This document shows, in pieces, positions 1 to 9,343 of a stretch of 64,000 nt of DNA. Source of the stretch: an uncultured bacterium (GTDB lineage Bacteria > Chloroflexota > Dormibacteria > Aeolococcales > Aeolococcaceae); contig CAVQTJ010000018.1 in NCBI GenBank assembly GCA_963716555.1, positions 392,413-456,412 on the forward strand. Reading direction: 5' to 3'. How positions within the stretch are numbered: position 1 is the first letter of the stretch; each line of letters begins with the position of its first letter. Position numbers and translations under genes: made by a program. The notes beneath the pieces are model-generated. The model worked only from the letters and a program-made list of their open reading frames with translations. It was not told the origin of the DNA and ran no database searches.

Positions 1-1277
1 CTCTCGTGGATGGCGGTTGCGTACTTCTCGCGGTCGCTGTACACCGTCGGCTCGGCGAGGCCGATCTCGTCGGTGAGCTTCGCTTTCCAGATGTCGTCGT
101 AGCGCAGGGATTCGCGTCCGTCCTGGAGGGCAAAGATGATGCCCTCGTTGATCAGGCTCTTGATCCGTGCTCCGGAATACCCCGCGGTGGCCCGGGCCAC
201 GCGGTCGATGTCGATCGGCTCGTGGGCCACGGTGTTGAGGTAGTAGGCGGCGATGTCCTTGCGCCCGGTCTCATCGGGCAGACCGACATGGATCTTGCGG
301 TCGAAGCGTCCCGGGCGCAGCAGCGCCGGGTCGAGGCTGGCCGCCCGGTTGGTGGCGCCGATGACCAGCAGGTTGGAGAGTCGCACCGCCCCGGGGCGGA
401 GATGCAGGGTGCGCCGCAGGAAGCGCCGGTGGCGGGGGAGCTGTTCGATCCCGTCGATCTGGGTGAGCAGCATGTTGACCATGCCGGCGCCGCCGCCCAT
501 GAACATTCCACCCATCATCTGGGGGTCGGTGATGCCCCGGCCGTCGATGCTGCGCTTCACCGAGACACCGCCTCGGCCCTCGCCGATCGAGTCCAGCTCA
601 TCGATGAAGATCACGCAGCCGCCCCATTTGCTGGAGAGCAGCCGCGCCTTGCGGAACATCATCTTGACCCGGAACTGGGGAATGCCCATGAACATGTTGG
701 CGAAACCGGCTCCGCTCGCGTACATGAAGGGCACCCCGGTCTCGCCGGCGATGGCCTTGGCCAGCAGGGTCTTTCCGGTGCCCGGCGGACCCTCGAAGAG
801 GATGCCGTGAGGCGGGTAGGCGCCCACTCGGCGGAACTGCTTGTAGCCCTGGAAGAGCTGCATCACCTCCTGGGTGGCGTTGACCACGTGGGGCATGCCC
901 CGGACGTCATTGAAACCGGTGCTGAACTCGCCAGGCAGGATGGTGTAGCTGACGCCCTTGCTCAGGAACCAGAAGATGGCGACGAACATCATCAGGTTGG
1001 CGCCGATCAGGAAGACGCCGTAGAGCATCAGCGGAAAGACGGTGCGCAGGATCTGGGGGAGCACCGTCCCGATGTTTCGGGTGGCGGTCCCCGGGTCGAC
1101 GCTCTGCGGGGTCGCCCCGGAGTTGGTCAGGTCGGCCCCGACCATCCAGGCCAGGAGCAGGTAGACGGCGTAGAGGATGACCAGCGCGGTGAAGGTCAGC
1201 CGCAGCGCCCGCCGGTGGCGCACCAGCGCCACCGCCAGGTTGGATCGCCGGCGGGGCGGGCTCCCAAAGCTCACGGG
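1..1277 (-). CDS. FtsH-family AAA+ zinc metalloprotease. The N-terminus is in the window and the C-terminus runs off the left edge.
   Basis: My reverse-strand translation gives a Walker A 'GILFEGPPGTGKTLLAKAIAGETGVPF', the second region 'FIDELDSIG', 'GATNRAASLDPALLRPGRFDRKI', then 'REKYATAIHE', which is the start of the HEXXH protease motif. A TM-like segment lies near a GTG start around 1277. The ORF track misses it because the frame has no stop inside the window. Confidence 0.7.
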
Positions 1278-1511
1278 TCGACTCCCAGGTGTCCGCCGGC
1301 GGGCGGCAGGCTCTGATTCACCGATGGCGCCGCAGGGCTCTCTGCTGTTGACATCGTAAGGCGTTTGCCTGCGTTGGACCAGGGACCGAGCTGGGGTATC
1401 GAGGGCAACCCGCAGTCCGGCGGCCGCAGCGCCGGCTGAGGGTGGAGGGGCCGGGACCCCGGGCCGTATTGCGGACCGCCCAGGGGTGATGGGGCGAGCC
1501 ATGATGCCCTC

Positions 1512-3182
1512 GTGCCCAAGGACAGGCGTGGCAGCGGCGGGACTCACCCGGCTCGCGGCGACACCGCACGCAGCGGAGGCCGGCTGACGTCGGCGCTCCA
1601 ATGGCGGGTGCTCCCCTCCCCCCAACGCCGCACCATCATCGGCGTGGTGGCTGGCGGCACGGGGCTGGCCGCCTCGTCGCTGATCGGCGCGGTGATTCCC
1701 AACGGCCAGCCGCTGATCACGTCGGTGGGCGACGAGGTGGTTTCGCTGACGCCGGCGGGGGTCCGGCAGGCGGCCATCGGCGTCCTCGGGACCGCCGACA
1801 AACCGGTCATCCTGCTCTCGGTCGGCGTCCTGACCCTGGTGATCGCGGGGCTGCTGGGCCTGGCCGCGCGTCACGACCGGCTGCCGCTCGCACTCGGTGG
1901 CGGAGTCATGATCGTGATCGGCCTCGCCGCCACCATCGACAGCGCCCCGGCAGCCATCCCCGCCGCGGTCCTGGCCGCAATCGGGGCGGTGATCGCCGCC
2001 GCCTGGACCGTGGAGCGGCTCAGCCGTCCCGAACCTCAGGGGGCGCCGGCCCGGCCGGAGCGGGTGCGCCGGACCCTCCACACCCCGCCCCGGTCGTGGG
2101 CCGAGAAGGAGATCACCCGCCGCCAATTTGCCCTCCTGGCCGCGGTGGTTGCCGGAGCGGCGGCGGTCGGCCAGGGCATCGCCTCGCTGATCACCTCGAT
2201 GAGCTCGACGGCGGTCCAAGCCATGCGGGCCACCATCCATCTCCCCAAGGTCGCCGACCCGCTGCCGCCAGTCCCCGCCGCCGACAGCTTCAACGTCCCC
2301 GGGCTCTCCCCCCTGGTCACCGAGAACGACAACTTCTACCGCGTCGACACCGAGTTCGTGCCCCCAGCCGTCGATGTGACCACCTGGAACCTCACCATCC
2401 AGGGGATGGTGCGCAAGCCCATCACCCTCACCTACGACCAGCTGATGAAGATTCCCCAGGTGCAGGCGGACATCACGCTCTGCTGCGTCAGCAACGACGT
2501 CGGCTCCGACCTGATCAGCAACGCCCGCTGGCAGGGTGTGCCACTCGCCAAGCTGCTGGACATGGCCGGCGTCCTCCCCGGCGCCGACCAGGTCGTCGGC
2601 ATCTCGGTGGACGGTTTCTCCGCCGGCTTTCCCACGCAGCTGGCCCTGGACGGCAGGATGGCCCTGGTGGCGGTGGGGATGAACGGCCAGCCGCTCCCCA
2701 TCGACCACGGCTTCCCCGCGCGGCTGGTGGTGCCCGGCCTCTACGGATACGTGTCCGCGACCAAGTGGCTCACCGAGATCCAGCTCACCACCCTCTCGTC
2801 CTACGACGCGTATTGGGTGCAGCGCGGCTGGGCCCAGCAGGGCGTGATCGTCACCGAGTCGCGCATCGACGTCCCCCAGGGCGGCGCGAACGTCAAGGCC
2901 GGCAGCGTGATCGTCGCCGGCGTCGCCTGGGCCCAGCACCGCGGGATCAGCGCAGTGCAGGTGCGCGTCGATTCCGGGCCCTGGCTCGATGCCCAGCTGG
3001 CGGGTGAATTGAGCATCGACACCTGGCGGCAGTGGCGCCTGGCCTGGCAGGCGACGGCGGGCACGCACACGCTCGAGGTGAGGGCCGCGGACGACACCGG
3101 CACCTTCCAGGTCTCCCGGTTCACCTACCCGTTCCCTGGGGGTGCGACCGGTTACGACCAGATCCAGGTGACCGTGGCCTGA
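1512..3182 (+). CDS. Molybdopterin-dependent oxidoreductase of the sulfite-oxidase / MsrP-YedY family, with an N-terminal multi-TM membrane domain and a Tat-like 'RRTII' motif.
   Basis: 556-aa ORF. The N-terminal 170 aa are hydrophobic and Ala/Gly-rich with twin-arginine 'RRTIIGVVAGG'. The C-terminal half carries motifs typical of the sulfite oxidase family, including 'DITLCCVSN' with a Mo-ligand Cys, 'GFPARLVVPGLYGYVSATKWLTEIQ' and a C-terminal dimerisation-like beta region. Confidence 0.7.
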   Translation: MPKDRRGSGGTHPARGDTARSGGRLTSALQWRVLPSPQRRTIIGVVAGGTGLAASSLIGAVIPNGQPLITSVGDEVVSLTPAGVRQAAIGVLGTADKPVILLSVGVLTLVIAGLLGLAARHDRLPLALGGGVMIVIGLAATIDSAPAAIPAAVLAAIGAVIAAAWTVERLSRPEPQGAPARPERVRRTLHTPPRSWAEKEITRRQFALLAAVVAGAAAVGQGIASLITSMSSTAVQAMRATIHLPKVADPLPPVPAADSFNVPGLSPLVTENDNFYRVDTEFVPPAVDVTTWNLTIQGMVRKPITLTYDQLMKIPQVQADITLCCVSNDVGSDLISNARWQGVPLAKLLDMAGVLPGADQVVGISVDGFSAGFPTQLALDGRMALVAVGMNGQPLPIDHGFPARLVVPGLYGYVSATKWLTEIQLTTLSSYDAYWVQRGWAQQGVIVTESRIDVPQGGANVKAGSVIVAGVAWAQHRGISAVQVRVDSGPWLDAQLAGELSIDTWRQWRLAWQATAGTHTLEVRAADDTGTFQVSRFTYPFPGGATGYDQIQVTVA

Positions 3183-3189
3183 GGACCGG

Positions 3190-3216
3190 GGCCCCGCAGC
3201 GACGCCTGCGGCGGGC
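3190..3216 (+). terminator. GC-rich hairpin (CCGCAG...CTGCGG) directly after the Mo-oxidoreductase stop codon. It has no U-tract.
   Basis: Perfect 6-bp inverted repeat flanking a short loop, 8 bp after the TGA at 3180-3182. Confidence 0.3.
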
Positions 3217-3238
3217 ACACCTGTGTCCCAGGCCGCCC

Positions 3239-3278
3239 GAATACACGAATACGCGAATACGCGAATACACGAATACGT
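3239..3278. repeat. Tandem 8-bp repeat (CGAATACR) x5 in the gap between the Mo-oxidoreductase and sqr.
   Basis: Read directly: CGAATACA CGAATACG CGAATACG CGAATACA CGAATACG. It is relatively AT-rich compared with the ~70% GC surroundings. Confidence 0.9.
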
Positions 3279-3435
3279 GCCCAGGAAGCAACTCCCTCGG
3301 CCCCCCAACCGGGTGCCACCCGCGAGCACGGCGGCCGGGCACCCCGGGGGCACCTTCCGCAGGGTCGAACGGCGGCCGGAGCGGGGCGATCCGGCCCTGG
3401 CGGGTTCACCGCGCTGATGCCATCGTCAAAGGGCG

Positions 3436-4683
3436 ATGAGCGGCCACCAGCAGGTTCTGATCCTCGGTGGCGGCACCGGGGGGACGGTCACCGCCAACCG
3501 CCTGCGCCGGGTACTGCCAGAGTCGATCGGCATCACCGTGGTCGACGGCAATGACGATCACGTCTATCAGCCGGGCCTGCTCTTCGTCCCCTTCGGGTTG
3601 ACCGAGGGCCACGACCTGGTGCGCCCGCGCGGCGAGCAGCTGCACCACGGCATCGATTACCTGCAGGGCACGGTCGAGAGTGTGGACGTGCGCGCCAACC
3701 GAGTTCATTTCGAGGGCGGTCGGACCGCGGCGTACGACGTGCTGGTGGTCGCCACCGGCGCGGTGCTCATGCCCGGGGAGACCGAGGGCCTCGACGGTCC
3801 GGGCTGGGGGAGCAAGGTGTTCACCTTCTACTCCCTGGAGGGAGCGCGCGCCCTCCAGGCCGCGCTGGCCCGGTTCAGCGCCGGCCGGATCGTCGTCAAC
3901 GTCGTCGACATGCCCATCAAGTGCCCGGTGGCCCCGCTCGAGTTCTGCTTCCTTGCCGACTGGTTCTTCCACGAGAAGGGCACCCGCGCCGATGTGGAGC
4001 TCACCTACGTCACGCCTCTCGACGGCGCCTTCACCAAGCCGGTCGCCGCCCAGCGGCTGGGGGAGCTCCTGGCCAAGAAGGGGGTGAAGGTCGTCACCGA
4101 GTTCAACACCGGGAGCGTCGACGGTGAGGCCGGGGAGCTGACGTCATACGACGGCCGGGTCGTGCCCTTCGACCTCGCGGTGGTGGTGCCGCTCCACGCT
4201 GGTGCCGAGTTTGTCAGCCGCTCCCCGGGTCTCGGCGACGAGCTGAACTTCATCCCCACCGACGAGCACACCCTCCAGTCCGCGGCGGCAGCCAACATCT
4301 TCGCCATCGGTGATGCCGCCGGGCTCCCGGTGTCGAAGGCCGGATCGGTGACCCACTTCGAGAGCGAAGTGCTGGCTGAGAACATCCGGCGATTTCTCGC
4401 CGGTGAGGAGCTGGACGCCGGCTATGACGGCCACGCCAACTGCTTCATCGAGACCGGTTTCGGCAAAGCGGTGCTCATCGATTTCAACTATGACACCGAG
4501 CCCTTGCCAGGACACTTCCCCACCCGACTTGGGCTCCCTTTGTTGAAGGAATCCCACCTCAACCATCTCGGCAAGCTGATGTTCCAGTGGTTCTACTGGC
4601 ACGCTCTGCTGCCGGGACGTTCGCTTCCCGGGGTCACGTCCGAGATGCCGACGGCCGGGAAGCACACCGTCGCTGTGTCCTGA
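3436..4683 (+). CDS. sqr: Sulfide:quinone oxidoreductase-like FAD-dependent pyridine nucleotide-disulfide oxidoreductase.
   Basis: 415 aa. N-terminal FAD-binding 'VLILGGGTGGTVTANRL', the redox-active Cys motif 'CPVAPLEFC', and a second Rossmann-like region. Length and architecture fit SQR-type flavoproteins, and the sulfur-relay genes sit immediately downstream. Confidence 0.65.
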   Translation: MSGHQQVLILGGGTGGTVTANRLRRVLPESIGITVVDGNDDHVYQPGLLFVPFGLTEGHDLVRPRGEQLHHGIDYLQGTVESVDVRANRVHFEGGRTAAYDVLVVATGAVLMPGETEGLDGPGWGSKVFTFYSLEGARALQAALARFSAGRIVVNVVDMPIKCPVAPLEFCFLADWFFHEKGTRADVELTYVTPLDGAFTKPVAAQRLGELLAKKGVKVVTEFNTGSVDGEAGELTSYDGRVVPFDLAVVVPLHAGAEFVSRSPGLGDELNFIPTDEHTLQSAAAANIFAIGDAAGLPVSKAGSVTHFESEVLAENIRRFLAGEELDAGYDGHANCFIETGFGKAVLIDFNYDTEPLPGHFPTRLGLPLLKESHLNHLGKLMFQWFYWHALLPGRSLPGVTSEMPTAGKHTVAVS

Positions 4684-4687
4684 GGAG

Positions 4688-5011
4688 ATGATCATGGCAG
4701 TTGCCGGCATCCGTGTCGCTGACGTGGCGCGCAATGACGAGGGCTTCTTCGTGGACCCGTCGCAGTGGTCCGAGGAGATGGTGCCCGACCTCGCTGCCGA
4801 GGAGGGCATCGGGGAGTTGACCGAGCGCCATTGGCAGGTCATCCGCTTCATGCGCCGCGAGTACCTGGAGAAGGGAGCCGGACCGACGGTCCGGGTTCTC
4901 GGCAAGACCTCCGGCGTGGCCATCAAAGAGCTGTACGAGCTGTTTCCCAAGGGTCCGGCCAAGGTCGCCGCACGCATCGCCGGTATCCCCAAGCCGCGCG
5001 GCTGCATCTGA
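4688..5011 (+). CDS. TusE/DsrC-family sulfur-relay protein. It has a single C-terminal Cys, so it is TusE-like rather than a bona fide DsrC.
   Basis: 107 aa ending '...GIPKPRGCI', the hallmark flexible C-terminal arm of the DsrC/TusE family. Only one Cys lies near the C-terminus. Confidence 0.75.
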   Translation: MIMAVAGIRVADVARNDEGFFVDPSQWSEEMVPDLAAEEGIGELTERHWQVIRFMRREYLEKGAGPTVRVLGKTSGVAIKELYELFPKGPAKVAARIAGIPKPRGCI

Positions 5012-5027
5012 TGAGGAGAACCTGACC

Positions 5028-5540
5028 ATGGCCACCATGACCATCGAGGCCAAAGTTGCTGCCAAGGAATTCATGCCGGCGACCATCGAGAAGGTGTCGA
5101 TCATCATCTCCAAGGGCTCCCTGGATGGCGTCTACCCGGGTCTGATCATGGCCAACGGCGCCCGCGCCGAGGGTATCGAGGCCAATCTCTTCTTCACCTT
5201 CTTCGGGCTCGACGCCATCCACAAGGCACGGCACGAGCACATCAAGATCGCCACCGTGGGAAACCCGGGGCTGCACCTCTCCACCTGGCTCGGCGGCATT
5301 CCCGGCATGTCGAGCGTGATGACCCATTACCTGTCGTCGAAGATGGAGAAGCTCGACATCCCCTCGATTCCCGAGTTCGTCGAGATGATCGCCGACACCG
5401 GTTGCGGGCTCTACGCCTGCAGGGCGTCGGTGGACCTGTTCGGGCTGACCAGGGAGGACTTCATCCCCCAGGTTCAGGACATCATCACCGTCGGCGAGTT
5501 CTACGAGAAGGCGGCGGGCGGGCAGATCATCTTCACGTGA
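5028..5540 (+). CDS. DsrE/DsrF-like sulfur-relay (persulfide carrier) family protein.
   Basis: 170 aa, about the size of DsrE/DsrF proteins. It has a Cys-containing 'IADTGCGLYAC' region and sits between the TusE-like and OsmC genes with 16-bp and 8-bp gaps. Confidence 0.55.
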   Translation: MATMTIEAKVAAKEFMPATIEKVSIIISKGSLDGVYPGLIMANGARAEGIEANLFFTFFGLDAIHKARHEHIKIATVGNPGLHLSTWLGGIPGMSSVMTHYLSSKMEKLDIPSIPEFVEMIADTGCGLYACRASVDLFGLTREDFIPQVQDIITVGEFYEKAAGGQIIFT

Positions 5541-5547
5541 GCGCAGC

Positions 5548-5994
5548 ATGGAGCTGACCGTCGACAGCCTGGGTGGCGACCGCCATCGGATCCGGGTGCG
5601 CGGCCACGAGCTGATCGTTGACCAGCCGCGGGAGTCCGGGGGCGAGGATGCCGGACCGACTCCGGTGGATCTCTTCGTCGCCTCCCTGGCCGCGTGCGTC
5701 GCCCACTACGCGCGTCGCGGTCTCGGCCGTGGTGGTGCGGGACCGGGGGTGCGCTGCAGCTGGGCGATGAGCGAGGAACCGCCCTGGCGGGTCGCGGCGA
5801 TCAGCGTGGAGGTCATGCTTCCGCCGGGGACGACCGAGCAACGCGTGGCCGCTGTCCGCAGGGCCGTGGCCCACTGCACGGTGCGGGCCTCGCTGGCCGA
5901 TCCGCCGTCGGTATCGGTTCGCACCGCGGTCGCGCCCAACTCCCGGCCGGCAGGGATCCCTCAGCCCGCTGCCGCCAGACCGTCCGCGGTCTGA
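5548..5994 (+). CDS. OsmC/Ohr-family protein (peroxiredoxin-like thiol enzyme).
   Basis: 'PVDLFVASLAACVAHYA' is the classic OsmC active-site Cys region. The true C-terminus may be shorter than the ORF-track end. Confidence 0.6.
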   Translation: MELTVDSLGGDRHRIRVRGHELIVDQPRESGGEDAGPTPVDLFVASLAACVAHYARRGLGRGGAGPGVRCSWAMSEEPPWRVAAISVEVMLPPGTTEQRVAAVRRAVAHCTVRASLADPPSVSVRTAVAPNSRPAGIPQPAAARPSAV

Positions 5995-6118
5995 GCCGCT
6001 CAGGGCGGCGCCAGCACCCGCCGGTTGCGGGGTGCCACCCGCTCACCGTCGCCGGACCGTGACTCACGCCGAAGCCCCAACCCGATAAGCTTCATGAACC
6101 TAACAATCAGGAGACTTC

Positions 6119-6592
6119 ATGACAGCCCACGCCTCCTCCCCGGGCCGGGCCATACCCCGGGCGGAATTGCTGGAGCGCCTGATCGCGGTTCAGGGGCCGC
6201 TGCGGCAGCGCTTTCGGGCCACCTTCCCTGCCGAGGCCAGGGCCCGGCTGCAGGAGGCCATGGAGCAGGTGACCGCTCCCCAGGTCGAGGCTCTGATGTT
6301 GCTGCGGGAGCATCCCGCGGGGTTGAGCATGCACGAGCTGGCCGCGGCGCAGGGTTCGACACCGAGCTCGGCCACCCAGATGGTGGACCGATTGATCCGC
6401 CTGGGGATGGTGGAGCGCCTCCGCGAGCAGGGCGACCGCCGAGTGGTCCGCGTCCAGCTCTCGGCGTCGTCGCTGGAGCGCTTCCAGGAAGTGATGGTGG
6501 CCCGGGTGCGCGCCGTGGAGGGGGTCACCACCTCGCTCAGCGATGGTGAGCTGGAGACCCTGGTCGGGTTGCTGGAGAAGCTGGCCAGGTGA
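6119..6592 (+). CDS. MarR-family transcriptional regulator.
   Basis: 157 aa with a winged-HTH region 'LSMHELAAAQGSTPSSATQMVDRLIRLGMVERLREQGDRRVVRVQLSASS'. Its stop overlaps the start of the MMPL gene (GTGA). Confidence 0.8.
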   Translation: MTAHASSPGRAIPRAELLERLIAVQGPLRQRFRATFPAEARARLQEAMEQVTAPQVEALMLLREHPAGLSMHELAAAQGSTPSSATQMVDRLIRLGMVERLREQGDRRVVRVQLSASSLERFQEVMVARVRAVEGVTTSLSDGELETLVGLLEKLAR

Positions 6593-8925
6593 GCCGCCTC
6601 TTCTCCCTCCTCGGCCGCTTCGATGTCCGCTTCCGCTACCCGATCGTCCTGGTATGGGTGGTGGTCACCATCCTCTGCGTTCGTGCCCTTCCCGGCCTCT
6701 CCTCGGTCAGCCAGAATGGCGAGAGCAGCTTCCTGCCCAGCAGCGCCCCGAGCGAGCAGGCTGCTCAGCTGCTCAATCCATTCCAGCAATCCGGGCTCGC
6801 CACCGCGACCCTGGTGGTCGCGCGTGGTGGGGAGCAGCTGACCACCGCGGACCAGTCAGCGATCACCCGGCTCACCGCCACAGTCCGCCGCACCACCAAC
6901 GTGGTGAGCGTGCGATCGCTCGGGGTATCCCAGGACGGCGAGGCACTGCAGCTTCAGATCCAGGCCAGCGTCCCCCCCGAGAACGGCAGCGGCGCCGGCG
7001 CGACCCTGGTCGACGCCATCCGCGGCGAGGCCGCCGGCCTGGGTGCTCCGTCCGGTCTGCAGATCCACCTGACCGGGGAGCTGCCCACCGCGGTCGACAC
7101 CCAGGCCGGCTCGGCGAGCTCTTTCAGCGCCACCCAGCGGCTTTCGATCGTGTTCATCATCCTGCTGCTCCTGCTGGCGTTCCGCTCGCTGCTCGCGCCG
7201 TTGGTGACCCTGCTCCCGGCCGCGATCGTCCTGGCCCTCGCGGGTCCGGTGATCACCCTCTTTTCCCATGTGGGGGTGCAGGTCTCCGCGATCACCCAGC
7301 TGCTCCTGGTGGTGTTGGTGCTGGGCGCCGGCACCGACTACGGGCTCTTCCTGGTCTTTCGAGTTCGTGAGGAGATCCGCCGCGGGCTCGCGCCCCGGGA
7401 TGCCGTGGTCCGGGCGGTGGAGACGGTGGGGGAGTCGATCACCTTCTCGGCGCTCATCGTCATCGGCGCGCTGATCAGCCTGCTCATCGCCCAGTTCGGC
7501 ATCTACCAGGGTCTGGGCCCGGCGCTGGCCATCGGCGTGGCCCTGATGCTGCTGGCCGGGCTCACCCTCCTCCCGGCGCTGCTCGCCATCCTCGGGCGGG
7601 CCGTCTTCTGGCCGAGCCGGCTCACGGTTCGGAGCTCCCCCACCAGCGGGTGGTGGGGTCGGGTTGCGGCAGCGTTCATCCGCCGCCCCGGGGTCACCGC
7701 CATCTGCGGACTGCTGATCTTTGCAGCCCTTGCCGTGGGTTCTGTGGGGACCTCGACCGCCGGCTTCGCCGACCAGACCGCCGGACCCTCCGGCAGCGAT
7801 TCGGCGGCCGGCCAGGCCGTCCTGGCCCAGCACTTCCCCACCACCGGAGCCGCGACCTCCACCGCCGCCGTGATGCGCTTCCCCTCCCCGGTGTGGGACG
7901 ACCCCGAAGCGCTCACCGCGGCTCAGCAAGCGCTGCAGGGCTCGAGCGCGCTGACCTCGGTCACCGGGCCGCTGGACCCCGATGGTCCGTCCGAGCCCAC
8001 GTTCACCGCCAGCCAGCTGGCCGAGCTGCATCAGCTGCTGGGCTGGCCGGTCAGCCCCGCCGACCTCACCGCCGCAGCTGCGCGACTGGCGGGAAGCTTT
8101 CCACCCGCGGCGGTGCGAACCGTGGCCCAGGAGTACGCCGCGCTGGTCCGGTATCTGAGCCCTGACGGGAGGACCGTGCAGTGGTCGGTGGCGCCGGCGG
8201 TCGGTCCTCCGGGGAGCGCGGTCGCCACCGCCAACGTGCCGGCGCTGCGCGGAGCGGTCGCCGCCGCCGCGGCTCGCGCCGGGGCCACGAGCAGCGGGAT
8301 CTTCAGCCTCGACGGCTTTGCCTACGACGTGTCCAACATCTCCCAGAACGATCTGGTCCACGTGATTCCCACCGTGGCCGTGATCATCGCCATCCTGCTG
8401 GCGATCGTCCTGCGCAGCGCGGTGGCGCCGCTCTTCCTGGTTCCCAGCGTGGTCCTCTCCTACCTGGCGGCGCTGGGGTTGACGGCTCTGGTCTTCGTGC
8501 ACATCGGGGGACAGAGCGGAGTCGACTTCATCCTCCCCTTCCTGATGTTCGTCTTTCTGATGGCGCTCGGCTCCGACTACAACGTGCTGGTGATGACCCG
8601 GATTCGCGAGGAGAGCCACCGGCTGTCCTTGCGGCGGGCGGTCATCGCCGCCATCGGCGCCACCGGGAGCACGGTGACCACCGCGGGCCTGGTCCTGGGC
8701 GGCACCTTCGGGGTGCTCGGCTGGGCCGCGGGCAGCTCGGCCGGCGCCAGCCAGGTCCAGCAGGTGGCCTTCGGGATCGCCGCCGGGATCCTGATGGACA
8801 CCTTCTTCGTGCGGACCATCGTCGTCCCCGCGGTGGTCGTGCTGGTGGGGAGGTGGACCTGGTGGCCCTCGCGGCTGGCCGTGGCCACCGCCCCGACGGA
8901 GGCTCCTGAGCAAGCCGTCGCCTGA
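6589..8925 (+). CDS. MMPL-family (RND superfamily) membrane transporter.
   Basis: 778 aa. Two blocks of about six TM helices separated by soluble domains. The first TM block contains the conserved 'GAGTDYGLFLVFR' and the second contains 'ALGSDYNVLVMTRIRE', both MMPL hallmarks. Confidence 0.8.
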   Translation: MSRLFSLLGRFDVRFRYPIVLVWVVVTILCVRALPGLSSVSQNGESSFLPSSAPSEQAAQLLNPFQQSGLATATLVVARGGEQLTTADQSAITRLTATVRRTTNVVSVRSLGVSQDGEALQLQIQASVPPENGSGAGATLVDAIRGEAAGLGAPSGLQIHLTGELPTAVDTQAGSASSFSATQRLSIVFIILLLLLAFRSLLAPLVTLLPAAIVLALAGPVITLFSHVGVQVSAITQLLLVVLVLGAGTDYGLFLVFRVREEIRRGLAPRDAVVRAVETVGESITFSALIVIGALISLLIAQFGIYQGLGPALAIGVALMLLAGLTLLPALLAILGRAVFWPSRLTVRSSPTSGWWGRVAAAFIRRPGVTAICGLLIFAALAVGSVGTSTAGFADQTAGPSGSDSAAGQAVLAQHFPTTGAATSTAAVMRFPSPVWDDPEALTAAQQALQGSSALTSVTGPLDPDGPSEPTFTASQLAELHQLLGWPVSPADLTAAAARLAGSFPPAAVRTVAQEYAALVRYLSPDGRTVQWSVAPAVGPPGSAVATANVPALRGAVAAAAARAGATSSGIFSLDGFAYDVSNISQNDLVHVIPTVAVIIAILLAIVLRSAVAPLFLVPSVVLSYLAALGLTALVFVHIGGQSGVDFILPFLMFVFLMALGSDYNVLVMTRIREESHRLSLRRAVIAAIGATGSTVTTAGLVLGGTFGVLGWAAGSSAGASQVQQVAFGIAAGILMDTFFVRTIVVPAVVVLVGRWTWWPSRLAVATAPTEAPEQAVA

Positions 8926-8992
8926 GCCGGCTCGGGGTTGAGCCGCCGCTGCGGCCGGCCCGGGTCGCGGGCCCGCTCAGACCCCGCGAGGA

Positions 8993-9343
8993 TCAGCGGG
9001 GACCGCTGACGGCTGAGGCGCGGTGTCGAGCGACAGCTCGTAGTTGAAGGCGCAGTAGCTCCAGCGTCACCGAGCCCAGCACCCGGCCCGACTCCACCGC
9101 CACCAGGACGGCGGTGCGGCCTGACCGCCCGGCGACGTCGGCGATCCTGGTGAGATAGCCGTCCTCATCGCGGTCGCCGTACAGGGCGGCGTAGCCGGCT
9201 CGGGTGGCCCGGCCCGCCGCCAGCTCCTCCTCGGGACGGACCGCTCGGACCTCGACGCCCCCGGGGGCCGCTTCGCTGCCCAGAGCCGCGGCCGGGTCCG
9301 GCGACTCGCCCTCGAAATTGGGGCGTGCGGCGGTGCCGATCAT
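8993..9343 (-). CDS. Hypothetical protein, possibly a truncated or frameshifted GNAT acetyltransferase.
   Basis: 116-aa ORF. 'TAVLVAVESGRVLGSVTLEL' resembles a GNAT beta-strand core, but the expected C-terminal continuation is in another frame. Weak. Confidence 0.25.
   Translation of the reverse strand: MIGTAARPNFEGESPDPAAALGSEAAPGGVEVRAVRPEEELAAGRATRAGYAALYGDRDEDGYLTRIADVAGRSGRTAVLVAVESGRVLGSVTLELLRLQLRAVARHRASAVSGPR

Noticed and set aside
6-1316. 436-aa + strand ORF (Gly/Arg/Asp-rich) covering the left end
   Set aside because: It is the antisense shadow of the FtsH-like gene. The - strand translation shows canonical AAA+ and protease motifs, while the + strand product is low-complexity.
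6856-8913. 685-aa - strand ORF
   Set aside because: It is antisense to the MMPL transporter and has Arg/Gly/Pro-rich, low-complexity composition typical of high-GC shadow ORFs.
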